Of a DNA stretch of 64,000 bases, positions 1 to 12,625 are shown in pieces. Source of the DNA: Tubiluchus corallicola (Eukaryota > Animalia > Priapulida); contig JAQGDQ010000227.1 in the NCBI GenBank assembly GCA_030141605.1, positions 1-64,000 of the forward strand, read 5' to 3'. Numbering within the stretch: the first letter of the stretch is position 1; every line of letters starts with the position of its first letter. The translations under genes were made by a program, and so were the position numbers. The notes under the pieces were generated by a model. It was not told where the DNA came from. It ran no database searches and saw only the letters and a program-made list of their open reading frames with translations.

Positions 1-60
1 TAGTCTTGTTTGCATAGTCTTAATTTGAATGTTTAGTTTTAATGATTATGTTTACCACAG

Positions 61-159
61 GACTTATCGTGGGTACAAAACTCGGAAAAACTTCAACCAA
101 CAAAAAATGGAAAAGGATGAAGCAAAGAAGAAAGAACTAGCAGCTACTAAAATACAAGG
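61..159 (+). CDS. IQCM: IQCM-like protein, internal exon (IQ motif)
   Basis: ccacag| acceptor and |gtaatc donor; 99 nt, phase 2-2; reads TYRGYKTRKNFNQQKMEKDEAKKKELAATKIQ (the YRGYxxRK half of one IQ motif and the AATKIQ start of the next). Confidence 0.8.
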
Positions 160-201
160 GTAATCACAAATCAACTCAGAGCTAAGCTGAAACTCTCCTT
201 T

Positions 202-313
<112 letters not shown>

Positions 314-822
314 CTCTCTCTCTCTCCTTCTCTTTCCTCTTCTCTCTCTCTCCTTCTCTTTCCTTCTCTCTCTCTCTCCTCTTTCTCATTCACTCTGTGT
401 CTCTCTCTCCCCCTTCTTTGTTCCCTCTCTGCCCTCTCTCTCTTTTCTTTCATTCCCTTACTTTTCAGCGTGATATCATTGCCACAAAACAAAAGTGACA
501 GTCTCACTTTAAACTATGCTTTTGTAATTTCAGCGTTTACCAATTATACCAAATTACCAGTACCAGAAGTTTAATCAGTTAAAATATTGGACTAAATTCG
601 ACTCAGGGGGTCGAACTCGAAGATGGCGTGGCGGTCTTGATATCGCGCATCATGAAGATCCATTTTACTATCGTTGTGTAATTGATTACTTAACTACAAA
701 TGTTAATTTTAGTTACAAATGTTATGCTAATTAACTAAGTTGATGTTTGTAAACTAGTACCATATACCTGTTATAGCATGTCATTTAACTCTCATAAAAT
801 AAAATACACAAAAACTACACTG

Positions 823-1049
823 TACGGAGTTTATTATCAGCACTGCACCCGAGGAACACCTGTGTCAGAAATCAAAGCTGTAGTGACCTCTACACGCTTT
901 TATACTGGTATTCCAGGTCAGCTGCTTCTCACACCACGTGTAGGCCCAAACAAGACGTCTGGACCTACAAGAAAGGGGTGAGTCGCTGCTGACGTGGAAG
1001 CAGGGCGTGTAGAAGGCTCTACACCTGACCCGACACAGGTGCCTCCGTA
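823..1049. mobile_element. old palindromic MITE / fold-back element in IQCM intron
   Basis: nested inverted arms tacggag/ctccgta, cacctgtgtc/gacacaggtg, tctacacgc/gcgtgtaga and tgtaggccca/tggacctaca. Confidence 0.5.
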
Positions 1050-1162
1050 ACAATATTATTACACACAAATACATACATTACAGTATAAGGCGATATGTAC
1101 AGGTACTGCCCTCTATTTGTAGGAAAACGAAGCAAAATCGCTGAATCTTTCTTTCATTCTAG

Positions 1163-1312
1163 AACCTACAGAAAATACCTGTTGTCGCGAATTGAAAAAA
1201 TAAAAGCAAAATTGGTGGACGGAACAGCAAAGCAGAGACTAAAAGAATACGAGAAACTGCTTCATGATCTGGATATGAAAAGAAATGCGGAAATAGAAAA
1301 AGAAAAACGAAG
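1163..1312 (+). CDS. IQCM: IQCM-like protein, internal exon
   Basis: tttcattctag| and |gtaagt; 150 nt, phase 2-2; continues IQ-G-TYRKYLLSRIEKIKAKLVDGTAKQRLKEYEKLLHDLDMKRNAEIEKEKR. Confidence 0.8.
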
Positions 1313-2778
1313 GTAAGTTGAAGTAACGTACAGATTTTCTATTTTATTGTTTGTTGTAAAAAAGACAAACAACGCGCTGCCAGTCTATAAAATTATTAAA
1401 CATTAAAAATTAAGAAAGACATAAAGAATGATAATAGTTGGCAAAAAGCCTAAAGTTCAAAACTTGCACAGTTACAATCAAACAACTTTTAAGGCACCAG
1501 TCGCAAAGCTACACTTCACATATTATACAACGGCTCAATAGATAAGGCAGTGCTAACTTTTCCGCCTGTCATTTTGAGGCAGTTCGGCGCCACGCTTGGT
1601 CGATTTTAAAAATGAATAAAATCATCTCGGTCATTGCCACTTCAGACTGGTGAAGTTTTTGACGATTTTGATGATAACTTTTTACGTGTTTCAAAGACTA
1701 TTCATTGATGCAAATGAAACAAAATGCATTAAAACAACTTAAAATAACAGCGTCATTTGTAAGTTCTGCCTTTGACCCCCTTACCACCAACTTTGCTTTA
1801 TTATAAAGTATTACTGCATGGCTTCATTCCCTAAGTAGCTAATGACGTTAATTCTTACCTAACGGGTAGGAGACTGGCTTGGTTTAGCGGTTGGTTAGAG
1901 TCAACCAAAGGTACACCTCAAGGTTCGAATTTGGGACCGGTTATATTTAATTTATTGGTTAATGATCTTTTTCATGCCTTACCTTCAAATTCAGTAGTTA
2001 ATTTTGTAGTAGATAGTACCGTCTACAGTTGTAAAATAGACAATAACTCTTTTTTATAAAACAGGTTTTGATTTTATCTTTGGCGGTAGCAATTAAGTGG
2101 ATAAAACGCCTCAGACATTTACAGCAAGACAAAACTCAGAATTATAATGTTAGAAAGGCAGAAATGTACCACATAAATTTCATTGTATGGCCACTTGGAG
2201 GCATTTTTATTTATACAACATCAGAAAACTCACAGCTGCTCACAATATTTCAAAACGCATTTTTAAGGTTGAATATGATGACAGTGCTCGGTTGTTCTCC
2301 ATAGGAAATGTGCGTTTAGTCTAATGACTAAATTTAATGGTAATACTAATGTAATTTGTCAAAGTTTACTTCACAGTGATGCAAAATTTACGTGGCATAT
2401 CAGACGCCATTGGTGAAATTTAGTGTCAACTGTGTAATTATTGTATACATCTCCGTTTATTAACTTATTGTTTTAATGTGTGAGTGTTTTTGTTTCTTGT
2501 TGTAAATACGTAAATGTTTTATGCCATGAACCTTTGGTTTAAAATGAAAAATTAAATCAAAATCAAAATCAAATTGGATGTATTACGCTATAATGACAAT
2601 AAATTGCTTGCTTACTTAATTAAACTTATAAAAGCACAAAAATCAGGGGGGATCAAAGGACACAAGAGGTAGATTGAAATAAAAGGTAGGAGTTATGTTT
2701 TCTGGCAGATCATTCAAAATTGACTTTGGCTCTACACAATTACTACGTATATTTGTTAAATAAACTGTCCTATTTCAG

Positions 2779-2847
2779 GGAACAAAAGCGACAAATCGTT
2801 TATGCATCAAACCTGGCTAAAGTCAAGGCTCACAAGGACACCATGAG
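2779..2847 (+). CDS. IQCM: IQCM-like protein, internal exon
   Basis: tatttcag| and |gtaaat; 69 nt, phase 2-2; EQKRQIVYASNLAKVKAHKDTM in frame with its neighbours. Confidence 0.75.
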
Positions 2848-3044
2848 GTAAATAATGTTCATACAGTCGACAATAGATACGTGTAAATTAAATAGGTATT
2901 TCATTTGTAGTTAAAATACTACAATTTTATGAAAATGTTAATTACATAGTTAAAAAATCATGTCAAGCCTTTCAACGGAGCTACTGCTGTTATCCACCAA
3001 TGGTAAATTTTTACAAACATCCAAGCAGTTTATATGGGCAGAGC

Positions 3045-3405
3045 CTACAGTTTATTATGGAACATTATGCAGCCTACAGTATAGAACATTATGTAGCCTA
3101 CAGTATAGAACATTATGCAGCATACAGTATAGAACATTATGCAGCCTACAGTATAAAACATTATGTAGCCTACAGTATAGAACATTATGCAGCATACTGT
3201 ATAGAACATTATGCAGCCTACAGTATAGAACATTATGCAACATACAGTATAGAACATTATGCAGCATACTGTATAGAACATTATTCAGCATACTGTATAG
3301 AACATTATGCAGCCTACAGTATAGAACATTATGCAGCATAAAGTATGGAACATTATGCAGCCTACAGTATAGAACATTATGCAGCCTATAGTATAGACAT
3401 TATGC
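3045..3405 (+). repeat. 24-bp minisatellite
   Basis: about 14 copies of gaacattatgcagcctacagtata. Confidence 0.95.
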
Positions 3406-3759
3406 ACTAATTATGTATTTAACAAAAGACAAATAGGCAATGTTTAAGCAGACCTGCAATGCTGGTTACCATGGCAGATTTTAATAATTTCAGCATTGTG
3501 ACCAGAGCTACAAATAACTGGGACTTATTAATAAAAGAAACGTTATCTATGTACCCCAATACGCCTTCTCTTAATGTATAAAGCAGTTCAATTCCTTTAA
3601 ATTTATTTTCAAGCACTTAGCTATTTGTTACTGTACCAATTTCTTTTCTTCAGGTCTGTTTACCTATTTCGTTTTTGTAAACACGTAATTAGTGTATAAT
3701 TTACTGTATCAATTTCTTATCTACTGCTCTGCTTATTCATTACCTATTTGGCTTCTTAA

Positions 3760-4478
3760 CCCTTTCAGCCCCAAATTATTTTTTTAAGGTATTCTTTTCA
3801 GGTATTCAGGTATACACCATTTCAGGTATTCTTCGAACATATAATCTACATGCAGCACTTACATGTATTTGTTTTGGTCACAATAAATAACATAAACAGG
3901 CGTGCAAAGCAGTTGTAAGATTTAACTCCCAAATTTCGTTAATCATGTTTCTAGAACGGTTTGATCGTTGGAAATAAATATTATTTAAACTACTTCAATT
4001 TCTACGTTTGCACGTTTTTGTTAACCCTTTCAGTTCCAAATTATTTGTTTAATAAGAAAATTTTTTTGATTTAGTACTTTTGTTCAGTATGTCCATCTTG
4101 TTTACACATAATATTTATTTTTTCTACCTGTGCCCGTGTGCTAAATATAGCCTGTCTCCCACGGGATACATTGGGATTCAATGGTTGCTAAACATGATAA
4201 AAAGCAAATGCTGATAATTTTTTAAAGTATTTAAGACATATAGTATGCATGCTATGCTGATCTGTACAAAGTCGTCTCTAAAGTACCGTACCTTACACAG
4301 TTTTTTGTGTTATGTAGATTTTCTAGTTTGCCATTTTATCACTATTTTTAGTCTATTGTTATTGGCTTAAATCAAAATAACTATTAACAGATCAAATAAC
4401 TCTCAGTTTTAAAATTTTATTAATTTCAAAGGCAGAGAAAACTCTCGTATCCCACGGGATACAACGGGTATGAAAGGG
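3760..4478. mobile_element. piggyBac-like non-autonomous element
   Basis: TTAA|CCCTTTCA...TGAAAGGG|TTAA; a second left end, TTAA-CCCTTTCAG, at 4021. Confidence 0.75.
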
Positions 4479-4717
4479 TTAAATACATAATTAGCGCATG
4501 TTCCGTACGTAGGCTCTGCCTATATAAACTGGTTGTATGTTTGTAAAATTCACTACTGTTGATGACAGCAGTAATTCTGTCGAAACGTTTGACATGATTT
4601 TTAACTATGTAAAATAAAAGTTTTAATAAATTTGTGGTGTTTTAGCTTAAACGTTTTTAAGTGCCTGTAAAGAAAAAGAATTAAATGATTACAAATTAAT
4701 TAAAATTATTTTTGCAG

Positions 4718-4838
4718 TCAGTTTAAAAGAAAATATCCATATCCGTACACACAAGTTCACGACGAGGCAGCAATGGTTCTACAAAGATGCGTCCGGGGGT
4801 GGCAAGCTAGAAAATTCTTCGAAAAATTAAAACAAACG
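4718..4838 (+). CDS. IQCM: IQCM-like protein, internal exon (IQ motif)
   Basis: ttttgcag| and |gtaaaa; 121 nt, phase 2-0; QFKRKYPYPYTQVHDEAAMVLQRCVRGWQARKFFEKLKQT contains the IQ-type motif LQxxVRGWxARK. Confidence 0.85.
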
Positions 4839-5371
4839 GTAAAAATAAATGTTATAGTATTAAAAAAATAAATACGGTGTTTACTTTAATACAACCAAAA
4901 AAGATTAATGAATGAGACTTGATATACACGGACTGTAGCATTACAAGTTTGTTGTTTGGCGTCTATACCTCTTCATGTAGAAATGCGCCCAAACAGTTTA
5001 CTATTTGCCGACAAATTGCACAAAAAACAGGTGCTGTACCTCTCAGTTCAGATGTGTTAGTTTGTGACAAACACGTTCGACAGCTCATGTGTGAGCACAG
5101 CGGTAAATTTGAAATTTGAATTTTTATCTTAAAACTTGCCTAGTTTTTGTACAACATACTGAATATCTTACAGTAGCACTGTACTTCAATTTTCTCTTTC
5201 ACAAACACGTGCAACACGCTCGTGGTATATTTTTGCTGTTGCTGACTATGTTAGTTTGTGAAGTCATCAATAGTTGGGTTCGCCCGCCGTTGTCTTCTAT
5301 ACTTCTTGATGTAGAAATGTACCCAAACAGTTTACTATTTGCCAACAAACGCGCGGATTTGACTAGTTTAG

Positions 5372-5978
5372 AGGAAAACCGAACCAAATCCTAAACTATA
5401 GGCTAACATAAACCAATATAACCTATAAAATATTAAAAAGGAACATACTGTTTTTTCAAGAATGATTTACGCGAAGGAATTATTACCACAAAATCGTAGT
5501 TTTGCATTCGCGCTGGTAGTTCTTCGTTGTTACATGCTTTTCACCATTCGTTAGTTAGATGTGTACTAGCGCCTGCATCTCGGAAACGTGTTGCAGGAAA
5601 GCAGGTGCTGTACCTCAAAGTTCAGAAGTGTTCATTTGTGACGTAGTACAAATGTTCAAGAGCTCATGCGTGGACGCAGCAATAAATTTGAAATATGAAT
5701 TTTAAACTTAAAAATTGCCGAGGTTTTGTACATCATTATGAATGCTGTACAGTAGCACTTTCGCAAACACGTGCAACGCCCTCATGGAATGTTTGTCTGT
5801 TAAAAATAATGTTCATTTGTGATGTAATCACTAGTTGTGCTCGCCTGCCAATAATTAAAGCTTTAATCTATTATTTAATTATCAGAAACGTTTTGGCATT
5901 ATCATAGGTGTTAAAATGTGTACTTTCTGTCGTGCTGCAAAGTGGGCTAAAAATCTTGAAAAATCATCCTGTTTTCCT
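5372..5978 (+). mobile_element. Kolobok-like MITE, family A
   Basis: termini AGGAAAACCGAA...TCCTGTTTTCCT with degenerate TTAA flanks; further copies at ~19690-20315(-), 29770-30375, 48078-48519 and 63522-64000(-), plus a fragment at 5020-5290. Confidence 0.7.
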
Positions 5979-6017
5979 TTCAAAAAATTATTGCTTTGTC
6001 TTCACCTTCCATTTAAG

Positions 6018-6219
6018 GTACTAAAGATCAGCACCCTTCTGCCGGGGAATCTCTGTGCTGAAGAGGAGGGGGAGTGGCGTAGAGTGTCGAAGATTTGTGA
6101 CAGCGTACAAGACGAAATCGAAGAAATTCTAAATTTTGTTCACAAAGACATAGAAACAGACATTGATCGTAAAGAAGCAACAATGCAAGAGATTGTAAAA
6201 TTTATAGAGAGAAAGACGG
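6018..6219 (+). CDS. IQCM: IQCM-like protein, internal exon
   Basis: ccatttaag| and |gtactt; 202 nt, phase 0-1; VLKISTLLPGNLCAEEEGEWRRVSKICDSVQDEIEEILNFVHKDIETDIDRKEATMQEIVKFIERKT. Confidence 0.7.
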
Positions 6220-6259
6220 GTACTTTTGTTGTCTCTTACTTGCTAGCTGCCTTGCTTGG

Positions 6260-6337
<78 letters not shown>

Positions 6338-6813
6338 GTCTGTCTGTCTGCGAGCCCTTTGCAATTGCATCCATCCACACATTTGTACGTCCATCTGTTT
6401 GTTTTCATTTGTTTACTTATTTACATATTTTTAATGGATAAAAAATGTGGTATTTACGTACAGTTTGGTAGTCAGCTTGCTTTTTCTCGCCATGATTATT
6501 CGTCTGTCTGTCTATTAATTCTATTCAGTCACTCGTTTGTTCGTATGTTATGTCGTTTTTCTTCTTTCTTTGTGTACTTTTCTTGAGCTTTCTCTTGTCT
6601 GTTCATGCAGTCGTTTGCCATTTTCGTTTATTGGTTCGTTCGTTAGTTTCTTCATTCGTTTACTTATGCACCATCTCACGATTGTTATTCCGTTCCGTCA
6701 TTCATTTTCCTATTTACGGACAAATTAGTCCTTAAAGTTTTACAAGCGATTCTTTGGTCCACCGCTAGGAAGACTTTCATCTACATCTATTAACTGTTTG
6801 CATTATGACAATA

Positions 6814-7175
6814 AGCCTTTCCACAGTTTCGTTGTGCGCACGCGCAGTTGCTGCAGGTCAAAGGTTAATTGCATCACGGCAACCTTCGACTTAACAACAA
6901 CCGTCACGTGACGTGTGTGTAAAGCAAAGCCGTTTACCGTGTCAGTTCAGTAACGTCAGGTGTTTTGTGTTGACTTTACGTAATTATCCATTGGTCTTTG
7001 CGTAGAGTGATTTACTAACAGGATCTTGCTTGGGAACAAGAAAAAATGAACTAGGTAAGGTTCTAGCTAGCTAGTTATACCTGTTACTATTGCAATAGCA
7101 TGCGAAGCATTGTCACAAATGTGCTGTCTGGTACATTTAACCTTTGACCTTTTCACGATCATCATCAGTCGCTCG
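6814..7175 (+). mobile_element. MITE family E, right end lost
   Basis: left TIR TA|AGCCTTTCCACAGTT; body shared with the copies at 11256, 57337 and 59326. Confidence 0.7.
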
Positions 7176-7374
7176 AAGGATGGAACTTTATCACATCAAA
7201 GCTACAAATACTAGATACAGATTAGCAAACATATGTACAATACGTACATGTAAACATATATACATTCAAGTTATCGCACATGTAGTTCCGTGCAAAGATC
7301 GGCAAAGCACATATCGAACCCTTGCTGAGCTCATCTTTTTAGCGGCAGTTGTTAACGTACATGTACTTTTTCAG

Positions 7375-7509
7375 AACAAGAGGAATCGTATGCAAAGCTA
7401 TCTCGTGATGGCCTCCTCTCTGTCTCTCATCTAAAGTTCTACTTTGGCACGTTGAATTTACATCCTAGAAAGTTAGACCTTCAAGAAGCCGTGGCGGAGT
7501 GCTGTAAAG
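7375..7509 (+). CDS. IQCM: IQCM-like protein, internal exon (EF-hand-like helices)
   Basis: tttttcag| and |gtaaaa; 135 nt, phase 1-1; EQEESYAKLSRDGLLSVSHLKFYFGTLNLHPRKLDLQEAVAECCK. Confidence 0.8.
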
Positions 7510-7739
7510 GTAAAAACGGGTAGAAAATGTTACAAGGATTTATCTATCACAAGGCTTCTCCTTATGACAAAAGATCAAGAGTTACTGCTGCTTTCAAAAT
7601 GTTGTTGAATTGATTTTTGAGTGGAACTTCAACTTTTTTAGATTAATTCACAAAAACTCTTTAGAAGCTTAAGCTTTACCACACTGAAACGTTATAGTCG
7701 CACGCGAATATTTTAGATCAAATCAGGTTGTGGAGTTGG

Positions 7740-8400
7740 TTGGATTGGATTGGAATGGATTGGGTTAGATTAGATTAGCGTAGAATAGAGTAGAGAAGAG
7801 TAGAGTAGAGTAGTTTAGATTAGATTAGATTAAAATTATATTATATTTTATTGTACTGTGTTGTGTTGTACTGTACTGTACTGTACTCCTACTCGCTACT
7901 CTCTACTCTCTACTCTCTACTCTCTACTCTCTACTCTCTACTCTCTACTCTCTACTCTCTACTCTCTACTCTCTACTCTCTACTCTCTACTCTCTACTCT
8001 CTACTCTCTACTCTCTACTCTCTACTCTCTACTCTACACTACACTACACTACACTACACTACACTACAATACAATACAATACAATACAATACAATACAAT
8101 ACAATACAATACAATACAATACAATACAATACAATACAATACAATACAATACAATACAATACAATACAATACAATACAATACAATACAATACAATACAAC
8201 ACAGCACAATATAATATAATATAATTTTAATCCAATCGAAACTACTCTACTCTACTCCTTTCTGCTCTATTCCACTCTAATCTAATCTAACCCAATTCAT
8301 TCCAACACATTACAATACAAATACAATATATTACATTACATTATATTATATTATATTAGACAAGACGAGATTAGATTAGATTACATTACATTAGATTGGA
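7740..8400. repeat. compound 5-mer/7-mer microsatellite with inverted arms
   Basis: (TTGGA)(TTAGA)(TAGAG) blocks, then (CTACTCT)n, (ACTAC)n and (ATACA)n; 7750-7880 is inverted relative to 8190-8305. Confidence 0.9.
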
Positions 8401-8481
8401 TTAGTCTAGTCTGGCCTAGTTTATTCTATGCTTGTTTATTTAGCTTGAGATATCTAAAGATATCTTGAGAAAAAATATCTC

Positions 8482-8645
8482 CCACGCAGCACCACAATAT
8501 TGCCACATTTTTTGCAAATGTTGAGACAATATGGAAATGTGGAGTTGCCAGAACATTGTACCAATATTTTTGACAATATTTTTCTATATTGCGACAATGC
8601 CGTGCCAATATTGGTAGGTATCACAATATGCAAAAGATATTGCCC
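8482..8645. mobile_element. fragment of a DNA transposon with repeated CAATATTG subterminal motifs (CACTA-like)
   Basis: cccacgcagcacc start followed by repeated caatattg/acattg motifs; no second end found. Confidence 0.35.
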
Positions 8646-8712
8646 CCCCCCCCCAGAACCGCAATAATTCTCACAAACGTGAGAAGATTAAATCAGTTGT
8701 TGTTTATCTTAG

Positions 8713-8859
8713 ATGACACAGTCGAGGTATTAGACAAAGAAGATGTTATGAAGGTTACCTGGCTCTTGTATCCGCCAAAATTTGCAGGGGTACAGAGACA
8801 GAGAAAGTCAACATGGCTCAACCCCATCATTAACGGAGAAGAGGCATTACAGTATCTTG
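8713..8859 (+). CDS. IQCM: IQCM-like protein, penultimate exon
   Basis: tatcttag| and |gtaagg; 147 nt, phase 1-1; LYPP...RKSTWLNPIINGEEA matches the IQCM C-terminal signature as recalled (KSTWLxPIxNGEE). Confidence 0.88.
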
Positions 8860-8974
8860 GTAAGGAAATGGGTTAACATTAATAGTGTGAGAAGAGGGCC
8901 CAAAATTTAGTATTTATAACAGTGTTGGAAGCTGAAATGAACAGCTGACAGAGAGGAGAGACACAAAGTACAAA

Positions 8975-9620
<646 letters not shown>

Positions 9621-9695
9621 AAACGAATTCTTAAACAGTGTTTTAGACAAAAAATTCGGAAAACAGTCACATTCTTGTATTCTTGTTTTTTTCAG

Positions 9696-9760
9696 TTGCC
9701 ATTGAAAGCAACAATGAAACAGATTTGAAGAAATGTTTAGCGCTTGTAGGAGCCGCATGA
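9696..9760 (+). CDS. IQCM: IQCM-like protein, terminal coding exon
   Basis: long pyrimidine tract plus ttcag|; VAIESNNETDLKKCLALVGAA then TGA at 9758-9760; candidate AATAAA at 10401. Confidence 0.78.
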
Positions 9761-11255
9761 GTGGTTGAAAAAGTATAGATTTCTTAGATTACTTGCACGG
9801 AGAATATGAGTAGACTTTTCTTCGTGAGTCTTTAACGAATTTTGTTAAACTTGGTAAAACAAAGACAATAATACATGGCTTCACATGCGTTATCAAAAAT
9901 AATACAAGACTTGGCTTCATGAAGCTGCTAAGCATAGGTACAAAGGTATGCTTGCATAGCAAAATTATTTCACCACTTTAAAATAATAATTAACGTAAAA
10001 TGTAGCTTTAGTCCATACCACTAACGTTTCACAAATAATAATGAATTTGGTTTCACAAAAAATACTAACTTTGGATTCACAAAGCGTTGCTAAATAGCGC
10101 TTGGCTTCAACAGATCTTACAAAATTTGATTTTACAAATTTTAGTACATGTATATCTTGATAACTAATTCTCAGAAAAAAGAAATCTGCAAATAATTACA
10201 AAATTTGCTCCAATGTGTTGCTAAATTTATTCATTGATGATTACACATCCTAGCGCTAGATGGAGCCACCAGGGTGTGAAAATGCTCAGCATTCCGTGGC
10301 CTTATTAGAGAAGACGTTATTTTGACGTTTTTGCCATGTAAACGCAAGAGATTATAGATTGTAGTATATTTATTACTGACTTAGACATGCTTATGTCATA
10401 AATAAATTGATTTTATTGCTACTTTTATATCTTGTCCTGTTCTAGTTTTCATTTTATTTGTATATTTTTGCAACATGAGCACGACAAAGGTACAAAAATT
10501 GACATAGAGATCAAAGTGACGCACACTAAGATAAACTAAATTTACAAAAATTATTGTGCGCGACATGCGCTAAATACAAGTCCAACAGTCTTTTAGATGT
10601 AATTTATGATTCCTTATTGTCCAAAATGGGCAATCATCGCCTCATCCCAAAATCACTATGACATCGTAACATATTTGACTGACCGACTGACTGACTGACA
10701 TATTATGTGCAACTCGATTTCGTTTTATCTGAAGCAAATAAAAACATTTTCTGCTAATCCAACGTCAAAAGGATAATTAACCGCTATAATGAATATATAT
10801 AATAATGTTATGAAATATGAAGAAATCAAACTTACATCTTTGCCGCATCTTACTAACTTGCTAAGGAAAACTCGACTGACAAAATTTTGTTATAAAACGA
10901 CACGACGTACTGAACAAGACTGACTTCTTTCCTATCCTGTCTGCAAAATGAGACCAATGGCCTATTTCCTGTCCTAGCTCACCTGTCTATCAACAGCCTA
11001 AATTTGCAAAAAAAACAAACACAAGGAGGCACCACGTGCTTATATCCAAAAAAATTATTGTAACTTCTAAACACTGGTTTTCGACGAGAGGCAATGTACA
11101 AGTTAAACTGTGAAAACGAACTTTCCATAACAACACTTATTGCTACTTGATCTGGTTGAACTGGTGATAAAATTTGCAAAGAAAAGGTCACCCAAAGTGA
11201 GAATTTGGTGCGTTTTAAACTAAAACTATTATAAGACAACTAATTCTTAATGGTA

Positions 11256-11643
11256 AGCCTTTTCACAGTTCCAGCGATTGATGATGAGCTTGAAAAGGTC
11301 AAAGGTCATGTGCACCAGGCAACGCATTTGTGTATACTTGACAACAGTTCGCTATTCTAATAGTAACAGTTTTAACATGTTTTAACAGCTAGCTAGAACC
11401 TTACGTACTTCATTTTTTCTTGTTCCCAAGCAAGATCCTGCTAGTAAATTACCCTACGCGCAGACTAATGCATAATTAAGTAGAGTGCATGTAAAATAAC
11501 TAAAGTTACTGATCTGATGCGGCAAACGGCTTTGCTTTACGTACATGTCACACGAAGGTTGTAGTTAAGACGCGTTGCTGTGGCACACTTAACTTTTGAC
11601 CTACAGCAACTGTGTGCGCGCACAACGAAACTGTGAAAAGACT
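11256..11643 (-). mobile_element. MITE family E, complete (2-bp TSD; possibly PHIS/ISL2EU-related)
   Basis: TA|AGCCTTTTCACAGTT...AACTGTGAAAAGACT|TA. Confidence 0.8.
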
Positions 11644-11861
11644 TATTCTCTGACTGATATCAAAGTGTGGCAATATGGCGGATTAACTGCACCACCTGCC
11701 CTTAAATTGCAGTGTTCACTGGTAAAAAAGAAAATTACAGGCTGGTTTATGTGACTTCCTGAAAAATTTTATCCCACATCACACGGTGAGAGACGATGAT
11801 TTGACGCTGATGATGGTAGTGTGAATGTAATGAAAAAACCGCCACAGAAAACAGCTATTAA

Positions 11862-12521
11862 AGAACAACAAAAGAGGTACCTAAAGTAGGTTTCAGAAAA
11901 ATCGCCTTAAAAATATTATTACTTTACAGCAATTTTCTGCACATATCGTACTCGCATTGAAAGGAATTTTTATTTGTTTTCATTTTAAATCTCCCACAAT
12001 ACTATTCCGAAGTCGCCATTACATGACGTCATGCACCAAACGTAAATCAAGGGAAGAAAAGGCAATGTTAAATTATGACCCAAAAAACTTTCCATGCAAA
12101 ATTATATTACTAAGCATTTCGCTTAGAATTATTTAAATAGAAATAATAATTTAAAATGTTTTTGCCAATTGGTAAAATGTCGCTGACTCACCCTCCAGGG
12201 GGCGCCACTCACTAACCAAAAACGTATTTTTAATCTTATTGACAAGATACAGTAATTTGAAATTTTACTTAGTTAGCAACATGTATGCTACGAATGCTGT
12301 GATTATTGTTTCAAACTTTACTCAGTGTTATCTAAACTTGTTTCAAACGACCTACCATCAAAATGGCTGTGCCTAACGGTCATCGCGGGAGTTTAAATTT
12401 GCAAGTTTTATACAGCCTTGCGGCCGATGCAAGCCATGCATACGAAAAGGTAGTATGTAAGTGGTATAAAATTTCGAAGTTCTACGTAAACGTAACGTGG
12501 GGGGGGGGGTGGTCTTGTGCT
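11862..12521 (+). mobile_element. Kolobok-like MITE, family D (carries TGACGTCA)
   Basis: TTAA|AGAACAAC...TCTTGTGCT|TTAT; body shared with ~17610-18272, 22087-22935 and 62232-62870. Confidence 0.72.
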
Positions 12522-12625
12522 TTATTAAGCCAATTCACTCAAACAAGATACGAAAAAGCACGGCCTATGGGTAAGATGCAATCTCATTTCAAGCAACGTT
12601 TTTCCACTTCTGACACACATCTGTG

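Larger units (their letters stand above)
2908..4650. repeat. long inverted duplication (possible Penelope-like inverted termini), interrupted by a minisatellite and a piggyBac-like MITE
   Basis: 2908-3048 is the reverse complement of ~4509-4650; 3400-3457 is the reverse complement of the joined empty site 3650-3759 + 4483-4500. Confidence 0.75.

Noticed and set aside
3045-3405. CRISPR-like regular repeats (also at 15650-16612 and 36635-37850)
   Set aside because: The units are head-to-tail with no unique spacers, the context is eukaryotic and there are no cas genes; these are minisatellites
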